Source of the DNA: Candidatus Micrarchaeota archaeon
GTDB lineage: Archaea; Micrarchaeota; Micrarchaeia; Anstonellales; Bilamarchaeaceae
Direction of reading: 5' to 3'
Assembly (NCBI GenBank): GCA_043821365.1
Contig: JBDRCX010000006.1
Span: 384,001-448,000 of the forward strand
Length of the DNA: 64,000 bases
This document shows, piece after piece, positions 38,451 through 49,200 of the stretch. The stretch's first letter is position 1. Every line of letters begins with the position of its first letter. The position numbers and the translations under genes were made by a program. The notes beneath the pieces are model-generated. The model was not told where the DNA came from. It made no database searches and saw only the letters and a program-made list of their open reading frames with translations.

Positions 38451-39008
38451 ATGCGAAGGCTTTTTTTATCCGGACCTTCTAAAGTTGCGATGGTCACAGC
38501 CCTTGCAGTAACAGTTGCTAGTTGCGGTGCCACGGCAAGTATGATAAGGGATAGGCCAAGTGAAAAACCACAAACTACTTTTGGTGCACCACTCCATGAA
38601 CAGCATGTTCTTAGTCTTTGGAGTAAGGGAGTTTGTACTTATTCTGGTGGGTATGTCACATATTCCTCAAATAACTCGGGACAAATAGGTGAACTAAAGC
38701 TTGATGTTGATCTTTTCAATCCACAAGAAATTCTATGTTCAGATAAATTCACTGTTATTTTTGATAATGATTTTGCAATTGTAGCACTTGGTTCTGAAAA
38801 GATTCTTGAAGGTGTTCCTTCCTTTGGGGTAGTGTCTGGTTCATTTGTTGCTGCCAACTCGTACAAATTAAGGCTAGGTCTAATCATGGAAGATGGCGGC
38901 ATCAATAAAACGTCTATTGATGGTAATACTCTCACCGTATTTTCAAATAATGGAAATAGTTGGCAACTTGATCTTTCTAATCCTCATGATGGTTGGAGTA
39001 TTTATTAA
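38451..39008 (+). CDS. Hypothetical putative lipoprotein
   Basis: Hydrophobic N-terminus ending in VASC, then a beta-rich body. Confidence 0.5.
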   Translation: MRRLFLSGPSKVAMVTALAVTVASCGATASMIRDRPSEKPQTTFGAPLHEQHVLSLWSKGVCTYSGGYVTYSSNNSGQIGELKLDVDLFNPQEILCSDKFTVIFDNDFAIVALGSEKILEGVPSFGVVSGSFVAANSYKLRLGLIMEDGGINKTSIDGNTLTVFSNNGNSWQLDLSNPHDGWSIY

Positions 39009-39029
39009 TTTGTTTAGGTCATATCTTTC

Positions 39030-39647
39030 ATGGCAAATCCAGTTTTGAAAAAACCAAAGAAAAAAGCTCCAGCAGACATAGTAATACCCCGTATAAGTGA
39101 ACAAGAAACCCGAAAAAGAGCAGCCGCAGGTTTTGATATTGCAGTAACAAGACTGGTGAAAGAAGAATTTAGCCGATCCCCACCTGCTTCAGAAATGGCT
39201 GCATTCAAAAAATTATTTCTAGCAAAACAAAAATCTGATGGGGAGTTCTTTGTTGATGATGTTGTTCAAGAATTTATTGAAAACAATCCGGATTCAGTTA
39301 TTGAAAGATATTATAATCTAGCTGGAAATGCAAGATTTCTTCTAAAAGGAAATCAAGTTGCATTCAATTTAAAAGAACTACAAGGCGCTGTAAAAACCTA
39401 TATGTCCCCGTTGCGTGATTCTGTTATATCTAGCATTGTAAAATTATCAGATCCTGAAAATAGGGGGGTGTCCTTCAGTATTCCTGATATGGATGCTGGG
39501 ATACTGTCAAGTTTTTCTTCAAGACTTTCTACTATTTATGGTATTGGTAAAACTCAAGTTCCAGTTGAAATTAAATGCAGTGGAATGAAATTAACATTTA
39601 ATTCCAAATTACCTCCACCAACACAGTCATTTGATTTTGACAAATGA
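39030..39647 (+). CDS. Hypothetical protein
   Basis: 205-aa ORF filling the gap exactly up to the convergent GGR stop. Confidence 0.55.
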   Translation: MANPVLKKPKKKAPADIVIPRISEQETRKRAAAGFDIAVTRLVKEEFSRSPPASEMAAFKKLFLAKQKSDGEFFVDDVVQEFIENNPDSVIERYYNLAGNARFLLKGNQVAFNLKELQGAVKTYMSPLRDSVISSIVKLSDPENRGVSFSIPDMDAGILSSFSSRLSTIYGIGKTQVPVEIKCSGMKLTFNSKLPPPTQSFDFDK

Positions 39648-40871
39648 TTACTTCCCAGGTATCAATGTACTTAATACGCCTAATAGCTGCGGTCTTCCAG
39701 CCAATACTTTAGCAACTGGTTTTGCAAAATTCCCATCCATCAAATCTTTCAAATCTCTATCAGTCAATGCATTGAAAACATAATTAAGGTCATCATCACT
39801 GATTTTTTCAGTTACTTTTCTTAATGTCAATCTTTTTGCAACGGTCTTTCCAGGTCCTGATCTCCATTGTTTTTCATATGGCATTAATGCTTGCTTACTG
39901 TAATCTTTTTTCTTATGCGCTTCTATTGCAATTTGAGCTGCCATAAACCCTGTTTCCATTGCAAGACCAATTCCACCACCATGTATTGGGTCAACCTGCT
40001 TTGCCGCAGTTCCAATAACCATGCAGTTGTCTTGCACAAATTCATTTATTGGTGCACCTACTGAAATAACCCCTCCAAAATCAAGGAGAGTACTAGAATC
40101 TTTAAGTTGTTCATTATTTTTTATAAATTCATCAAGCAATGGTTTTGGTGCAGCACCATCAACACCACCTAATTTTTTTCCATTATTGACATTACCTCCA
40201 ATCCCAATGCCAACATTTGCTTTTTTCTCATCTTTTGGAAATATCCAAACATAACCTCTTGGTGCAATTTTGTTGCCAAAATAAAGTTCAATCAGATGAT
40301 CATGTTCATATGGTTTCATCTCATATTCATAACAAGTATCAACATCATAAAGCGAATGAACAGTCTTGAATCCCATCTGCCTTGCCATCAGTGATTCCAT
40401 ACCTTCTGCTGAAACAATAAGAGGTGCATGAAGTTCGTATGGTTCTCTTCCACCATGGGTAACTTTTACTCCATTTGGTTTTCCTTTCCCATCTTTAATG
40501 ATTTCAAATGCACGTGTATACGTTTTTACCTTCGCTCCTTTTTCTACTGCCTTTTCACATAACCATTTATCAAAAACATTTCTATTCAAAACCCAACCTT
40601 TGGTACCAGCATCTCTCCAAACAATTGACTTTCCATTTGGTGCTACAACCTTTGCACCATCAATATGAGTAGAATAACAGCCTTTTGGAAGATCTAACCC
40701 CTGCTTTATCAGTTCTATTGTTCCAAGTCCTTCTCCACATCTTACTGGTACTCCTATTTCTTTTCTTTTATCCACAACAAGAACATCCATTCCTGCTCCT
40801 GCGACAATGCGAGCAAAGCTCGCACCTGCTGGCCCCCCACCAATTACAATAACATCGTGGTCATTTTTCAT
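39648..40871 (-). CDS. Geranylgeranyl reductase (digeranylgeranylglycerophospholipid reductase family)
   Basis: GGGPAG FAD motif, PVRCGEG, PRGYVWIFP, HGGGI. Confidence 0.9.
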   Translation of the reverse strand: MKNDHDVIVIGGGPAGASFARIVAGAGMDVLVVDKRKEIGVPVRCGEGLGTIELIKQGLDLPKGCYSTHIDGAKVVAPNGKSIVWRDAGTKGWVLNRNVFDKWLCEKAVEKGAKVKTYTRAFEIIKDGKGKPNGVKVTHGGREPYELHAPLIVSAEGMESLMARQMGFKTVHSLYDVDTCYEYEMKPYEHDHLIELYFGNKIAPRGYVWIFPKDEKKANVGIGIGGNVNNGKKLGGVDGAAPKPLLDEFIKNNEQLKDSSTLLDFGGVISVGAPINEFVQDNCMVIGTAAKQVDPIHGGGIGLAMETGFMAAQIAIEAHKKKDYSKQALMPYEKQWRSGPGKTVAKRLTLRKVTEKISDDDLNYVFNALTDRDLKDLMDGNFAKPVAKVLAGRPQLLGVLSTLIPGK

Positions 40872-40874
40872 AAG

Positions 40875-41090
40875 TCACACCGTTGCTTCTGGAGGCAGAT
40901 CCTTTGGATTTTTTACTCCTTTATGCATGCAAATAACATTTGCAGGGCAAATTTTCACACAAAGTCCGCAGTCAATGCATTTTTCTGGAAAATGCTTCAT
41001 TCTTGTTCCAACAACTTCTATTGCACTGGTTGGACATACTGAAGAGCAACCAACGCATAAAATACATCCATCATGTTTTATGGTAATCAT
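40875..41090 (-). CDS. 2x[4Fe-4S] ferredoxin
   Basis: CILCVGCSSVCP and CIDCGLCVKICP; directly upstream of GGR. Confidence 0.9.
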   Translation of the reverse strand: MITIKHDGCILCVGCSSVCPTSAIEVVGTRMKHFPEKCIDCGLCVKICPANVICMHKGVKNPKDLPPEATV

Positions 41091-41186
41091 TGAAAACCCT
41101 CAACGTCTTTAGTTATGGTGTTTTTCATCCCCATCATATATTTTATAATGTTTATTAAAAACCCTCAAAAATTGTTTACGCCAGCA

Positions 41187-41702
41187 TTATTTTTTTAATG
41201 CATCTATAAGTGCAGTACCAAACTTACCTGCGCTCATGGGGCCATCTGCAGTAATGATATTCCCATCTACTACTACATTTTCAGCCAAATATGTTGCACC
41301 ACTCTGTCTAAGTAATACTATTGCATTTCTGTCGGGGTAAACAGTTGCTTTTTTATTTGCTAAAACTCCTGCAGTTGCCAATGCCATTACTCCTAAACAA
41401 ATCCCCCCAACAACTTTGCCTGCACTATTTGCTGCGTTTAATAAATCTCGTACTTCTTTTTTTTCTGCAAGCATCGGTGAATTAGGACCTCCGACGATTA
41501 TAATTCCTTTGAAATATTCGGGATTTGCTTCAAAAACAGCCATATCTGGTTGCAAAACCATCCCCTTTGATCCTGTTGCTTTTGTTCTATTTATGCTTGC
41601 AACGACTATGGTGTACCCATGCTTTTCTAGCATTTCCTTTGGTACTGCAAATTCCTCATCTCTAAACCCATCCTGCGCAACTACCATCAATATTTTAGTC
41701 AT
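41187..41702 (-). CDS. DJ-1/PfpI family protein
   Basis: GFRDEE, VGGPN, GGICLG, VVVDGNIITADGP; GAGGTG RBS before 41702. Confidence 0.88.
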   Translation of the reverse strand: MTKILMVVAQDGFRDEEFAVPKEMLEKHGYTIVVASINRTKATGSKGMVLQPDMAVFEANPEYFKGIIIVGGPNSPMLAEKKEVRDLLNAANSAGKVVGGICLGVMALATAGVLANKKATVYPDRNAIVLLRQSGATYLAENVVVDGNIITADGPMSAGKFGTALIDALKK

Positions 41703-41794
41703 AATTAGCACCTCAATTGGGGTATGGGGTTCCAGCCCCATCAACAAACTAAAATCACATTGAATATTTAAATTGTTTATTACTAATAGCTTTC

Positions 41795-42646
41795 ATGTAC
41801 CTTGTTTCTCCTAATTTCTCAGATTTAATGGAACCAAACATTGAATTTAAGACATTTCCTGATGGGGATAGCTATGCTCGTATAAATGAGATTGACAAGT
41901 GTCAGGGTGAAGATGTTATACTCTTTCACCGTCTGTATCCAAAACAAAATACTGCAATCTTTAATACTACTCAGATTTTACACACATTAAAAAGAGTTGG
42001 CGCAAGGGTTACACTTGTCTCTCCTTATGTTCCATACTCTCGTCAGGATAAGACATTTTTGATGGGAGAATCATTGTCTGCTCAGGTACTTTGCAAACTT
42101 CTCAATGATTTTGGTTCTGTTAAATTAGTAACAGTAGATTGCCATTTCCTGAAAAAAGAAGGAGAATCAGAATATTCTAATTTAAAAATCCAGAACGTCA
42201 GTGCAAACAAACTTCTTGTTGAGCATGCACGTAAAAAATTAGGCTTGGAGCAGCTTGAAATCATTTCACCTGACCAAGGTGCAAATTATCTTATTTCTGA
42301 GTTTGGTGGAAAGAGCATGAACAAAGTTAGGGGGAAATACGACGATGGAAAAGGCGAGGAAGCCTATCGTTCAGTTCAAAAAGTTGAGAGGGAATTCGAG
42401 GTCAAAGGTAAAAATATTCTGATTTTAGATGATATGATTTCAACTGGCGGTACCATGATAAAAGCAGTTGAAAATGTAAAAAAAGGAGGAGCAAACAAGG
42501 TTCTATGCGCTGCAACTCATGGTTTCTTTTTGAATGACTCACTTACAAAATTAAAAAGCATGTGCGACTATGTTTTCACTACAAATTCAATTCCAAATGA
42601 AGTTGCAGAGGTTGATGTTCTTCCTTTGCTGAAATCTCAGTTATAA
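41795..42646 (+). CDS. prs: Ribose-phosphate pyrophosphokinase
   Basis: FPDGDSY, PYVPYSRQDK, ISPDQGA, LDDMISTGGT. Confidence 0.88.
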   Translation: MYLVSPNFSDLMEPNIEFKTFPDGDSYARINEIDKCQGEDVILFHRLYPKQNTAIFNTTQILHTLKRVGARVTLVSPYVPYSRQDKTFLMGESLSAQVLCKLLNDFGSVKLVTVDCHFLKKEGESEYSNLKIQNVSANKLLVEHARKKLGLEQLEIISPDQGANYLISEFGGKSMNKVRGKYDDGKGEEAYRSVQKVEREFEVKGKNILILDDMISTGGTMIKAVENVKKGGANKVLCAATHGFFLNDSLTKLKSMCDYVFTTNSIPNEVAEVDVLPLLKSQL

Positions 42647-42701
42647 TGGATTTTTCATTGTTTTAGTTTTAGTTAAAAAATGCACCGTTTTTATTCTATT
42701 T

Positions 42702-43187
42702 ATGGGAAGACCAGCATTTAGTGAAGAACATGCCAGTGCTATTCATGCAGACCAGCTTGAAAACCTTCTGGATTATGGTTTTACTCATGGTGAAACCAAA
42801 CAAATTATACTTGGAAGACCAACAGTATTGTCTATAAGTGATGAAAACATTCTGGGTAAGCTTCAAAATTTAGAAGCACCTCGTTTTACTACGCACAACA
42901 ATACATTTGCCCTTACAAGAGAGGAAGTAATACAATTCGTACTTAGTTTTCCGCGTGTTCTTGGTCTAGATTGTGAACGTAATGGGAACATGGATAGAAA
43001 ATTACGGTTGATGGCACTTATAACTGATGGAGATAAACAAGCAATGCTTGAAAATGCACAGAGGTTCATTCAAGGTCCTGCAAAAACACTTGCACGAATA
43101 AAACATTTGAAATCAAGCGGAGTTAATTGGAAAACCCCAGGTGCATTGTTTGTTTCTGAAGCTACATTCAGAAGACGATATCACTAA
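42702..43187 (+). CDS. Hypothetical protein with mTERF-like repeats
   Basis: LLDYGFTHGETKQIILGRPTVLSISDENILGKLQNL / LTREEVIQFVLSFPRVLGLD / LFVSEATFRRRY. Confidence 0.55.
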   Translation: MGRPAFSEEHASAIHADQLENLLDYGFTHGETKQIILGRPTVLSISDENILGKLQNLEAPRFTTHNNTFALTREEVIQFVLSFPRVLGLDCERNGNMDRKLRLMALITDGDKQAMLENAQRFIQGPAKTLARIKHLKSSGVNWKTPGALFVSEATFRRRYH

Positions 43188-44551
43188 ACCCTACACATCT
43201 CTTTATATTCATCAACTAGTTTCTGTGCGTCTTCTTTTGTTTTTGCCTCAGCAAATATTCTAACATAATTTTCTGTTCCAGATGCTCTTACTATTACCCA
43301 ACTGTCATTGAAATTTATTCTGACACCATCTATGTCAACAAAATCAAGTTTGTTATCCTTCGCATGGGAAAGAATCTTTTCAACAATTTTTATCTTTTTT
43401 TCACTATCTGCCTCAACCTTAATCTTAAAATTGAAATATTCCGGAACTTCTTCAAGCCATTCATCTAGTGGCTTGTCGCATATTGATTCTGCCATCATTG
43501 CTGCAGTAAACATACCATCTTTTGCCAAACTTATCTCTGGCCAAATTACTCCGCCAACTTCTTCCCCTCCTATGATTGCATTTGGTTTGGCAGTACCATC
43601 CTTTGCAGGTTTTATTTTTACCATTTCTTCGCATAAATACGGTGCACCAATGGCAGTGTATCTTACTTTGCTTTCGTATTTCTTTGCAACATCCTCTATT
43701 ATTTTGCTTGTTGCGACTGTGGTAACAACATCTCCCTGCTGATCTTTTTTAGTAAATTTCCAGATTATTGAAAGAGCATAGACCTTATCTCCAATAATAT
43801 ACCTGCCTTCTTTATCAACAAAAATTACTCTATCTCCATCGCCATCCCATGCAATTCCAGCATCAGATTTGCTACTCTTTACCATTGCAATTAGTTGTTT
43901 TACATTAACTTCAGTTGGTTCTGATGGTCTTCCTGGAAATGTTCCGTCCATATGTGAATTTAAGCTTAGAAATTCAACACCCATTTTTCTAAATAAAAGC
44001 GGTGCAATTGTTGCTGCCGTACCGTTCCCACAGTCAATCACTATTTTTGGTTTTTTTATGGATGCTTTTCTTGTACCAATAACACTAAGAATTTCTTGAA
44101 TATGATCTTCAACTGCATTTTCATAAATTGTTATTTTTCCAACTCTATTCCATTCAACAAGTGCTGGTTTTTTTATTAGTTTTTCTATTTCCTCTCCACG
44201 TTCTTTTGATATTGCAATTCCCTTTCCGTCAATAACTTTCAGTGCATTCCACTCGGGGGGGTTGTGTGATGCACTTACTATTATGCATCCATTTGTCTTG
44301 AGTTTTTTAATCATATATTCTGCAGTTGGTGAACTTACAATTCCAATATCTATTACGTCACATCCAACAGATGCCAGACCAGCAACAACTGCTGATTTTA
44401 TTGTCTCACCAGTTAATCTACAATCTCGTGCAACTATCATTTTTCCTTTTTTAAGATAGGTTCCTATTGCTTGTGAAAGTTTTAGCGAGAGTTCTGGTGT
44501 TAATTCATTGAATTTACCACGAACTCCATTTGTTCCAAAATATTTTGCCAT
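43184..44551 (-). CDS. glmM: Phosphohexomutase (phosphoglucosamine mutase / PMM-PGM family)
   Basis: KYFGTNGVRG, SASHNP phosphoserine, DGDGDR, GEE, RASGTE. Confidence 0.88.
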   Translation of the reverse strand: MAKYFGTNGVRGKFNELTPELSLKLSQAIGTYLKKGKMIVARDCRLTGETIKSAVVAGLASVGCDVIDIGIVSSPTAEYMIKKLKTNGCIIVSASHNPPEWNALKVIDGKGIAISKERGEEIEKLIKKPALVEWNRVGKITIYENAVEDHIQEILSVIGTRKASIKKPKIVIDCGNGTAATIAPLLFRKMGVEFLSLNSHMDGTFPGRPSEPTEVNVKQLIAMVKSSKSDAGIAWDGDGDRVIFVDKEGRYIIGDKVYALSIIWKFTKKDQQGDVVTTVATSKIIEDVAKKYESKVRYTAIGAPYLCEEMVKIKPAKDGTAKPNAIIGGEEVGGVIWPEISLAKDGMFTAAMMAESICDKPLDEWLEEVPEYFNFKIKVEADSEKKIKIVEKILSHAKDNKLDFVDIDGVRINFNDSWVIVRASGTENYVRIFAEAKTKEDAQKLVDEYKEMCRV

Positions 44552-44556
44552 AGTAC

Positions 44557-45033
44557 CTACTTCTTGTCTTTGTTAATCGCACCTATTTTTTTGTACAATT
44601 CCTCATGCACACTATTAATCTCATTATAATCAAGGCCATTGCATATTATCTCATATCCAGTGCTACCACTTGTACTTATGTTTAATGTCGCAAATCCAAA
44701 CAGTCTTGCTCTAAGTCCTCGTGTTATTGATGAATCAGTTACCATGTTTATGGGGACTTTTTTCTTTCGTGTTGATACTATTCCTGTTTCATAAACTATT
44801 TTCTCATCACTGAAGTAGATTGAAGTTGTATGTGCTTTTAGTTTTGAAAGGATTATCGTCACTATAAGTATTGCAATTCCAAGAACTATCAATGCAATTC
44901 CCACGGTATCCAATATGTTTATTGTGCTTAAATATACTGCACCGCCAGCAATGATAAGAATCACTGCCACAATATCAAGAAAAAAATAATTCTCAATTAA
45001 GCATCCCAATAACTTTGGTTTTATCTTTTCCAT
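44557..45033 (-). CDS. Membrane protein with a bacterial PH (bPH_2) domain
   Basis: Two N-terminal TM helices, then YETGIVS...FGFATLNISTSG. Confidence 0.7.
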   Translation of the reverse strand: MEKIKPKLLGCLIENYFFLDIVAVILIIAGGAVYLSTINILDTVGIALIVLGIAILIVTIILSKLKAHTTSIYFSDEKIVYETGIVSTRKKKVPINMVTDSSITRGLRARLFGFATLNISTSGSTGYEIICNGLDYNEINSVHEELYKKIGAINKDKK

Positions 45034-45092
45034 TTTTCTCCCGCTATTATATGCAAATCTACTTTTTAAAACAATCTAGATTATGTTTATTT

Positions 45093-45614
45093 ATGGAAAT
45101 TAAAATCCTTCGCCTTGGTCATCGTCTTCCAAGAGATGAAAGAATCTCTACTCATGTTTGCTTAGTTGCAAGAGCATTCGGTGCAAACTCAATTGTTTAT
45201 TCTGGTCAGCATGATTCTGGTTTGGAAGATAGCATAAAAAAAATTGGTGAACATTGGGGCGGCGAATTACCAATTATCTATGAAAAAAATGCAGTTAAAT
45301 TTGTTAAAAAATGCAGGGAATCTGACTATACTATTGTTCATTTGACCATGTATGGTATGCCTATTCAAGACAAAAGTCTGCAAATTAAAAAACACAAAAA
45401 ATTATTGATCATTGTTGGTTCAGAACAGGTTCCTGGACAAATTTATGAACTTGCTGATTTTAACATTTCAGTAACAAACCAACCTCATAGCGAAGTGGCA
45501 GCACTGGCAATTGTTTTAGATAGAATTTTCGATGGAAAAGAACTTGAAAAACATTTCAATGGAAAAATGAAAATAATCCCATCTGAAAAAGGGAAGAAAA
45601 TCCTCAAAAGTTAG
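45093..45614 (+). CDS. trm56: tRNA (cytidine56-2'-O)-methyltransferase
   Basis: LRLGHRLPRDERISTHVCLVARAFGA, VHLTMYG, VTNQPHSEVAALA. Confidence 0.93.
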   Translation: MEIKILRLGHRLPRDERISTHVCLVARAFGANSIVYSGQHDSGLEDSIKKIGEHWGGELPIIYEKNAVKFVKKCRESDYTIVHLTMYGMPIQDKSLQIKKHKKLLIIVGSEQVPGQIYELADFNISVTNQPHSEVAALAIVLDRIFDGKELEKHFNGKMKIIPSEKGKKILKS

Positions 45615-45644
45615 CTTTTTTAACCTTAAACATGTTATCTTGGT

Positions 45645-46067
45645 ATGAAACTCAAAGCAATTAAATTTTACGGGGTTGATGCTCAGCATCTTAAAGAAGA
45701 TAGATTCACAAACCTTGCAGTTAATTTAAGCATGCAGGAAGGTAAACCTGTTGGCTCTGATTTTCGTTCTGATTTTATTTTCACAGTGATGTATGATCCT
45801 AATATTGCAACAATGAAATTCAGTGGGTATGTGCTTATTGAAGGTACAAAAACAGAAATAAACGAACTCACAACTATTTGGAAAAAACAAAAGGTTCTTC
45901 CAAAAGAGATTACCGAACATCTCATAAACACAATTACTTTCCAAGGACAAACAAATGGTGTTTTGGTTGCCAAAGCATTGTCGCTAACTCCACCATTACT
46001 TTCACCAAAAATACAAGTACAAGTTAAACCATCTTCAGCACAATCAAAGCCTTCAAAGAAGAAATAA
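45645..46067 (+). CDS. Hypothetical protein
   Basis: 140-aa ORF with plausible coding composition, followed by a hairpin. Confidence 0.6.
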   Translation: MKLKAIKFYGVDAQHLKEDRFTNLAVNLSMQEGKPVGSDFRSDFIFTVMYDPNIATMKFSGYVLIEGTKTEINELTTIWKKQKVLPKEITEHLINTITFQGQTNGVLVAKALSLTPPLLSPKIQVQVKPSSAQSKPSKKK

Positions 46068-46079
46068 TTTTAGTTTATT

Positions 46080-46095
46080 GTGGGGCAAGCTCCAC
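46080..46095 (+). terminator. Hairpin GTGGGG-CAAG-CTCCAC after the 45645-46067 gene
   Basis: 6-bp stem with one G-U pair, followed by a pyrimidine/T-rich tract. Confidence 0.35.
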
Positions 46096-46183
46096 ATCCT
46101 CTATTTTTATATATTTAATTCTGTGAGATTCAAATTAATTCATCAATTACTTTTATGTCTGTTGCTTTACCCTATTCAATGGG

Positions 46184-46206
46184 GTTCGAGGGGGCACCCC
46201 TCGAAC
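46184..46206 (-). terminator. GC-rich hairpin GTTCGAGGGG-GCA-CCCCTCGAAC just downstream of the 1624-aa gene
   Basis: Perfect 10-bp inverted repeat 16 nt past the stop, preceded by an oligo-T tract on the minus strand. Confidence 0.5.
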
Positions 46207-46221
46207 AAACAAAATAAAAAA

Positions 46222-49200
46222 CTAGAATGTTGCTTTAAGCTCCAATGTACCACTGATGTCTAATTGTTCAGTTGTTACTGGGCCAACCTCTTGCAATACT
46301 CTATCTACATTGAAGTTTAATTGGAGGTATGGATCTATCCATGTGCCCCAAAATCCTCTTTTTGAAATTATTACACTGGTACCCACTCCAGTACGCATTT
46401 CACTGCCAGTTGTTAACCATTGCTGATATTGTCTACCTAATAAATCTGCTCTTACTTGTGTTGTTGCATCGGTAAACATTGCTCCTCCTCTTAACTCTAA
46501 TTGATATGCTTGTGCATCAATTGCTTCATCTTCCTGGTACATCCCAGTTATCCACCCATATATGTTTCCAAGTTGCATTCCTCTTTGCGGGTCAAGTGGA
46601 AATGTGTAAAATAATGGTATCCCTGCTTCCAACTGCCAAGTTCCACTTTGTGCAGTTGAAATCTCACCAGTTGGGCTTACTTGGATTGATGGGTCTGAAT
46701 ACATATCTTCACTCCCTGAAAATAATATACCCATTATTAATCTCCTGTCAAGTGTAAGTGGTATTCTAAAACCAAGGTGGGCACCATATGCTACTCTATC
46801 TAAATATCCACCACCAAATACAGTGTCAACTGGAGGAGCAAATACTTTTACTTCGCCCAAACCTGGGAAATAACCGTCTACTTTCAAACGTACTTGGTCA
46901 TTTGCTATCCAGTCTGTTGAAGCTCCAATTATAGGTAATGTGATGTGTTCTCCGCCAGAATCAAGCGGATCTCCGCCTACTTTCTTGTGAACAACTGCTG
47001 CAGTAAGTCTCATCTTTGTAAATGTTGATCCCATCGGTGTCCAATCATATTGTACAAACCCTCCCCCTTCATTCGGAGTGAAATCCCAAAGTGCACCAAC
47101 TTCAAGTCCATGTTGTGCAGCCAACCATCTTCTAAATCCTGCTGCAATAAGTATTTGTTCACCCACTGGCGTACTTACTACTTCCTGGTCTGTTAATTCT
47201 GGATGTTGTGCATCAATTGCATCATCTAATGCAGGATTTGAAGAGTCTTCTATACCCAAATTACCCAACGGTGTGGTTCCGGCTAATCCTTGTTGAACGC
47301 TATATTTTCTATATAATCCAGATGCAACAAATCCACCAAGCATGTCACTTTGTATTCCGTATAATCTTCCACCACTTAAGTCATCGACAAATTGATTTGT
47401 TGGATCTCCACTTCTTCTTATTAATCGTCCACCACCTATACCAACATGTCCATATCCAAGAACAGGTTCTCTAAGTGCATGATTTACAATTGCCACACCT
47501 TGAAGATCATTTGCAGCCATATCTTCTTCTCTGTCACTGAAACCAACAAATGCTTTTATTTCTGTTCTACTAACTTTTATGTACTGGCCTTCTAAATAAA
47601 TTTTATTTCCTGCTTGAGGATCACCATATTTGAAACCATCCCCCGAGATTCTTCCAATCCACAATGATTGGTCTTCAGGTCTGAAATTTCCAAAAGCAGC
47701 TGCACCTCTTCGTCCTCTTGTTTCTTCATAATCAACATAACCCCCCCAACCTGCTTTTTGGAATGCAGCTCCAGCACCTTGGAACTGTTCCCATTCGGTT
47801 TCTGGTTCACCTGTGAATGGGCCAGAGAATAAGAATGCACCGTCAAGTTGTGCTATGACATCTCCTTCTTGCACTCTTCCTCCTGTATATAATCTTTGCA
47901 TCGGTCTTTCTATTGTCTGCCAGTATAATGATTCGGCAGTTTCTTTAGGCAAAGTTACTGTGTCTATTTCCACAAAGCTTCCATTTGCAAATCTTTGGAA
48001 TAAGTGAGCTGTAAGTGCAACATCACCTGGAACTACTGTTCCATCTGTACCAACAGTGTCTCTTGCCTGTGTTCTTTTGAAATAAATTAATGTGTCAGCT
48101 CCTGCAGGTGCCATACCTGAGAAATAGGTACCAACTGCTGATACTCTTGGGTCAGTTCCTGTTCCTGCTTCTTCACCCTGTGCTACTACTGGTGGCTCTT
48201 CTATAACTTGTATGTCTCCAGTAAATGTGTTGATATTATACGGTGTACTACCTTCAGGTGCGATCCTCAATTGTTGCAATTCCAAATACCCGACATGCTT
48301 TTTCTCTCCAGACACTACTCCTTCAGTATCAGTTGCAGTTTGCGCAGTTATTTCATATCTTTGTTTTGCAGTTGTTACTTGTCCTTCTCTTGTAAACTCT
48401 TCAGTAAATTCTACGCTTCCCTGCTGTGTTTCTGATGATTGTCTTCCTGCATCGCCAAGATCAGTTTCAACTCTATGCATCTCATACTCAGTTGTGCTCG
48501 CTATTCGCATTCCAATTAATTCTCCAACATCTGGGAATTGGTCTGGTGCAAGGAAACCAAGATTATTCATTAAAAGTGGCAATCGTGTCCATGGGAATGG
48601 GATTGTAGTACGTACATTTACCATTGATTCATCAAAAAAGACACCCATTGTTCTGAACAAATCTGCTGAAGCTGCTGGATCATCGACTATTCTTGGGGCC
48701 TGAGTTATAGTAAGGCCATATTTCTGTGTCCATGTTTCATATATTCTTTTTGGTACTCTTATTATCATCTGTGCAGCTGGTATCATCACTTCGCCGTAAT
48801 CTGCTTCTGGCGGCATTCGTATTCTGACATCTTTTGTCGGCTCTCTACGATCAGATTGCATTGCAGTTATATCTGGGAATAATTTCTCGAGTTTTTTTGG
48901 CAGGTCCTCATAATATGCTTGTAGTAATCTGTAGTGATCCCCAACAATAAACATTTGGCTGTACTGAGTTATTGCTTTTGTTATGGCGATTATTGATGCT
49001 TCATCATATCTTTCAAGAAGAGTATCAGTTGTTTTTGCATAAGCAAGTGCTGCATATCCTGCTGGAAGCCCGCTATATCCCACTATCAATGAACATACTC
49101 TAGCCATCTCTTCTGGGTTTCCAAATTGCGTACTTAGGTCTTTGTATTTACTTTGCAATGCTTGATATAATGCATATTTACTTTGTAATGGTAATCCTGC

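Noticed and set aside
41087-41128. 13-aa uORF (MKNTITKDVEGFQ) overlapping the ferredoxin start
   Set aside because: It is too short and has no distinguishing composition, so it is expected by chance.
41093-41168. Direct repeat AAAACCCTCAA twice in the ferredoxin/DJ-1 spacer
   Set aside because: Two copies of an A-rich 11-mer are weak evidence, and there is no further support.
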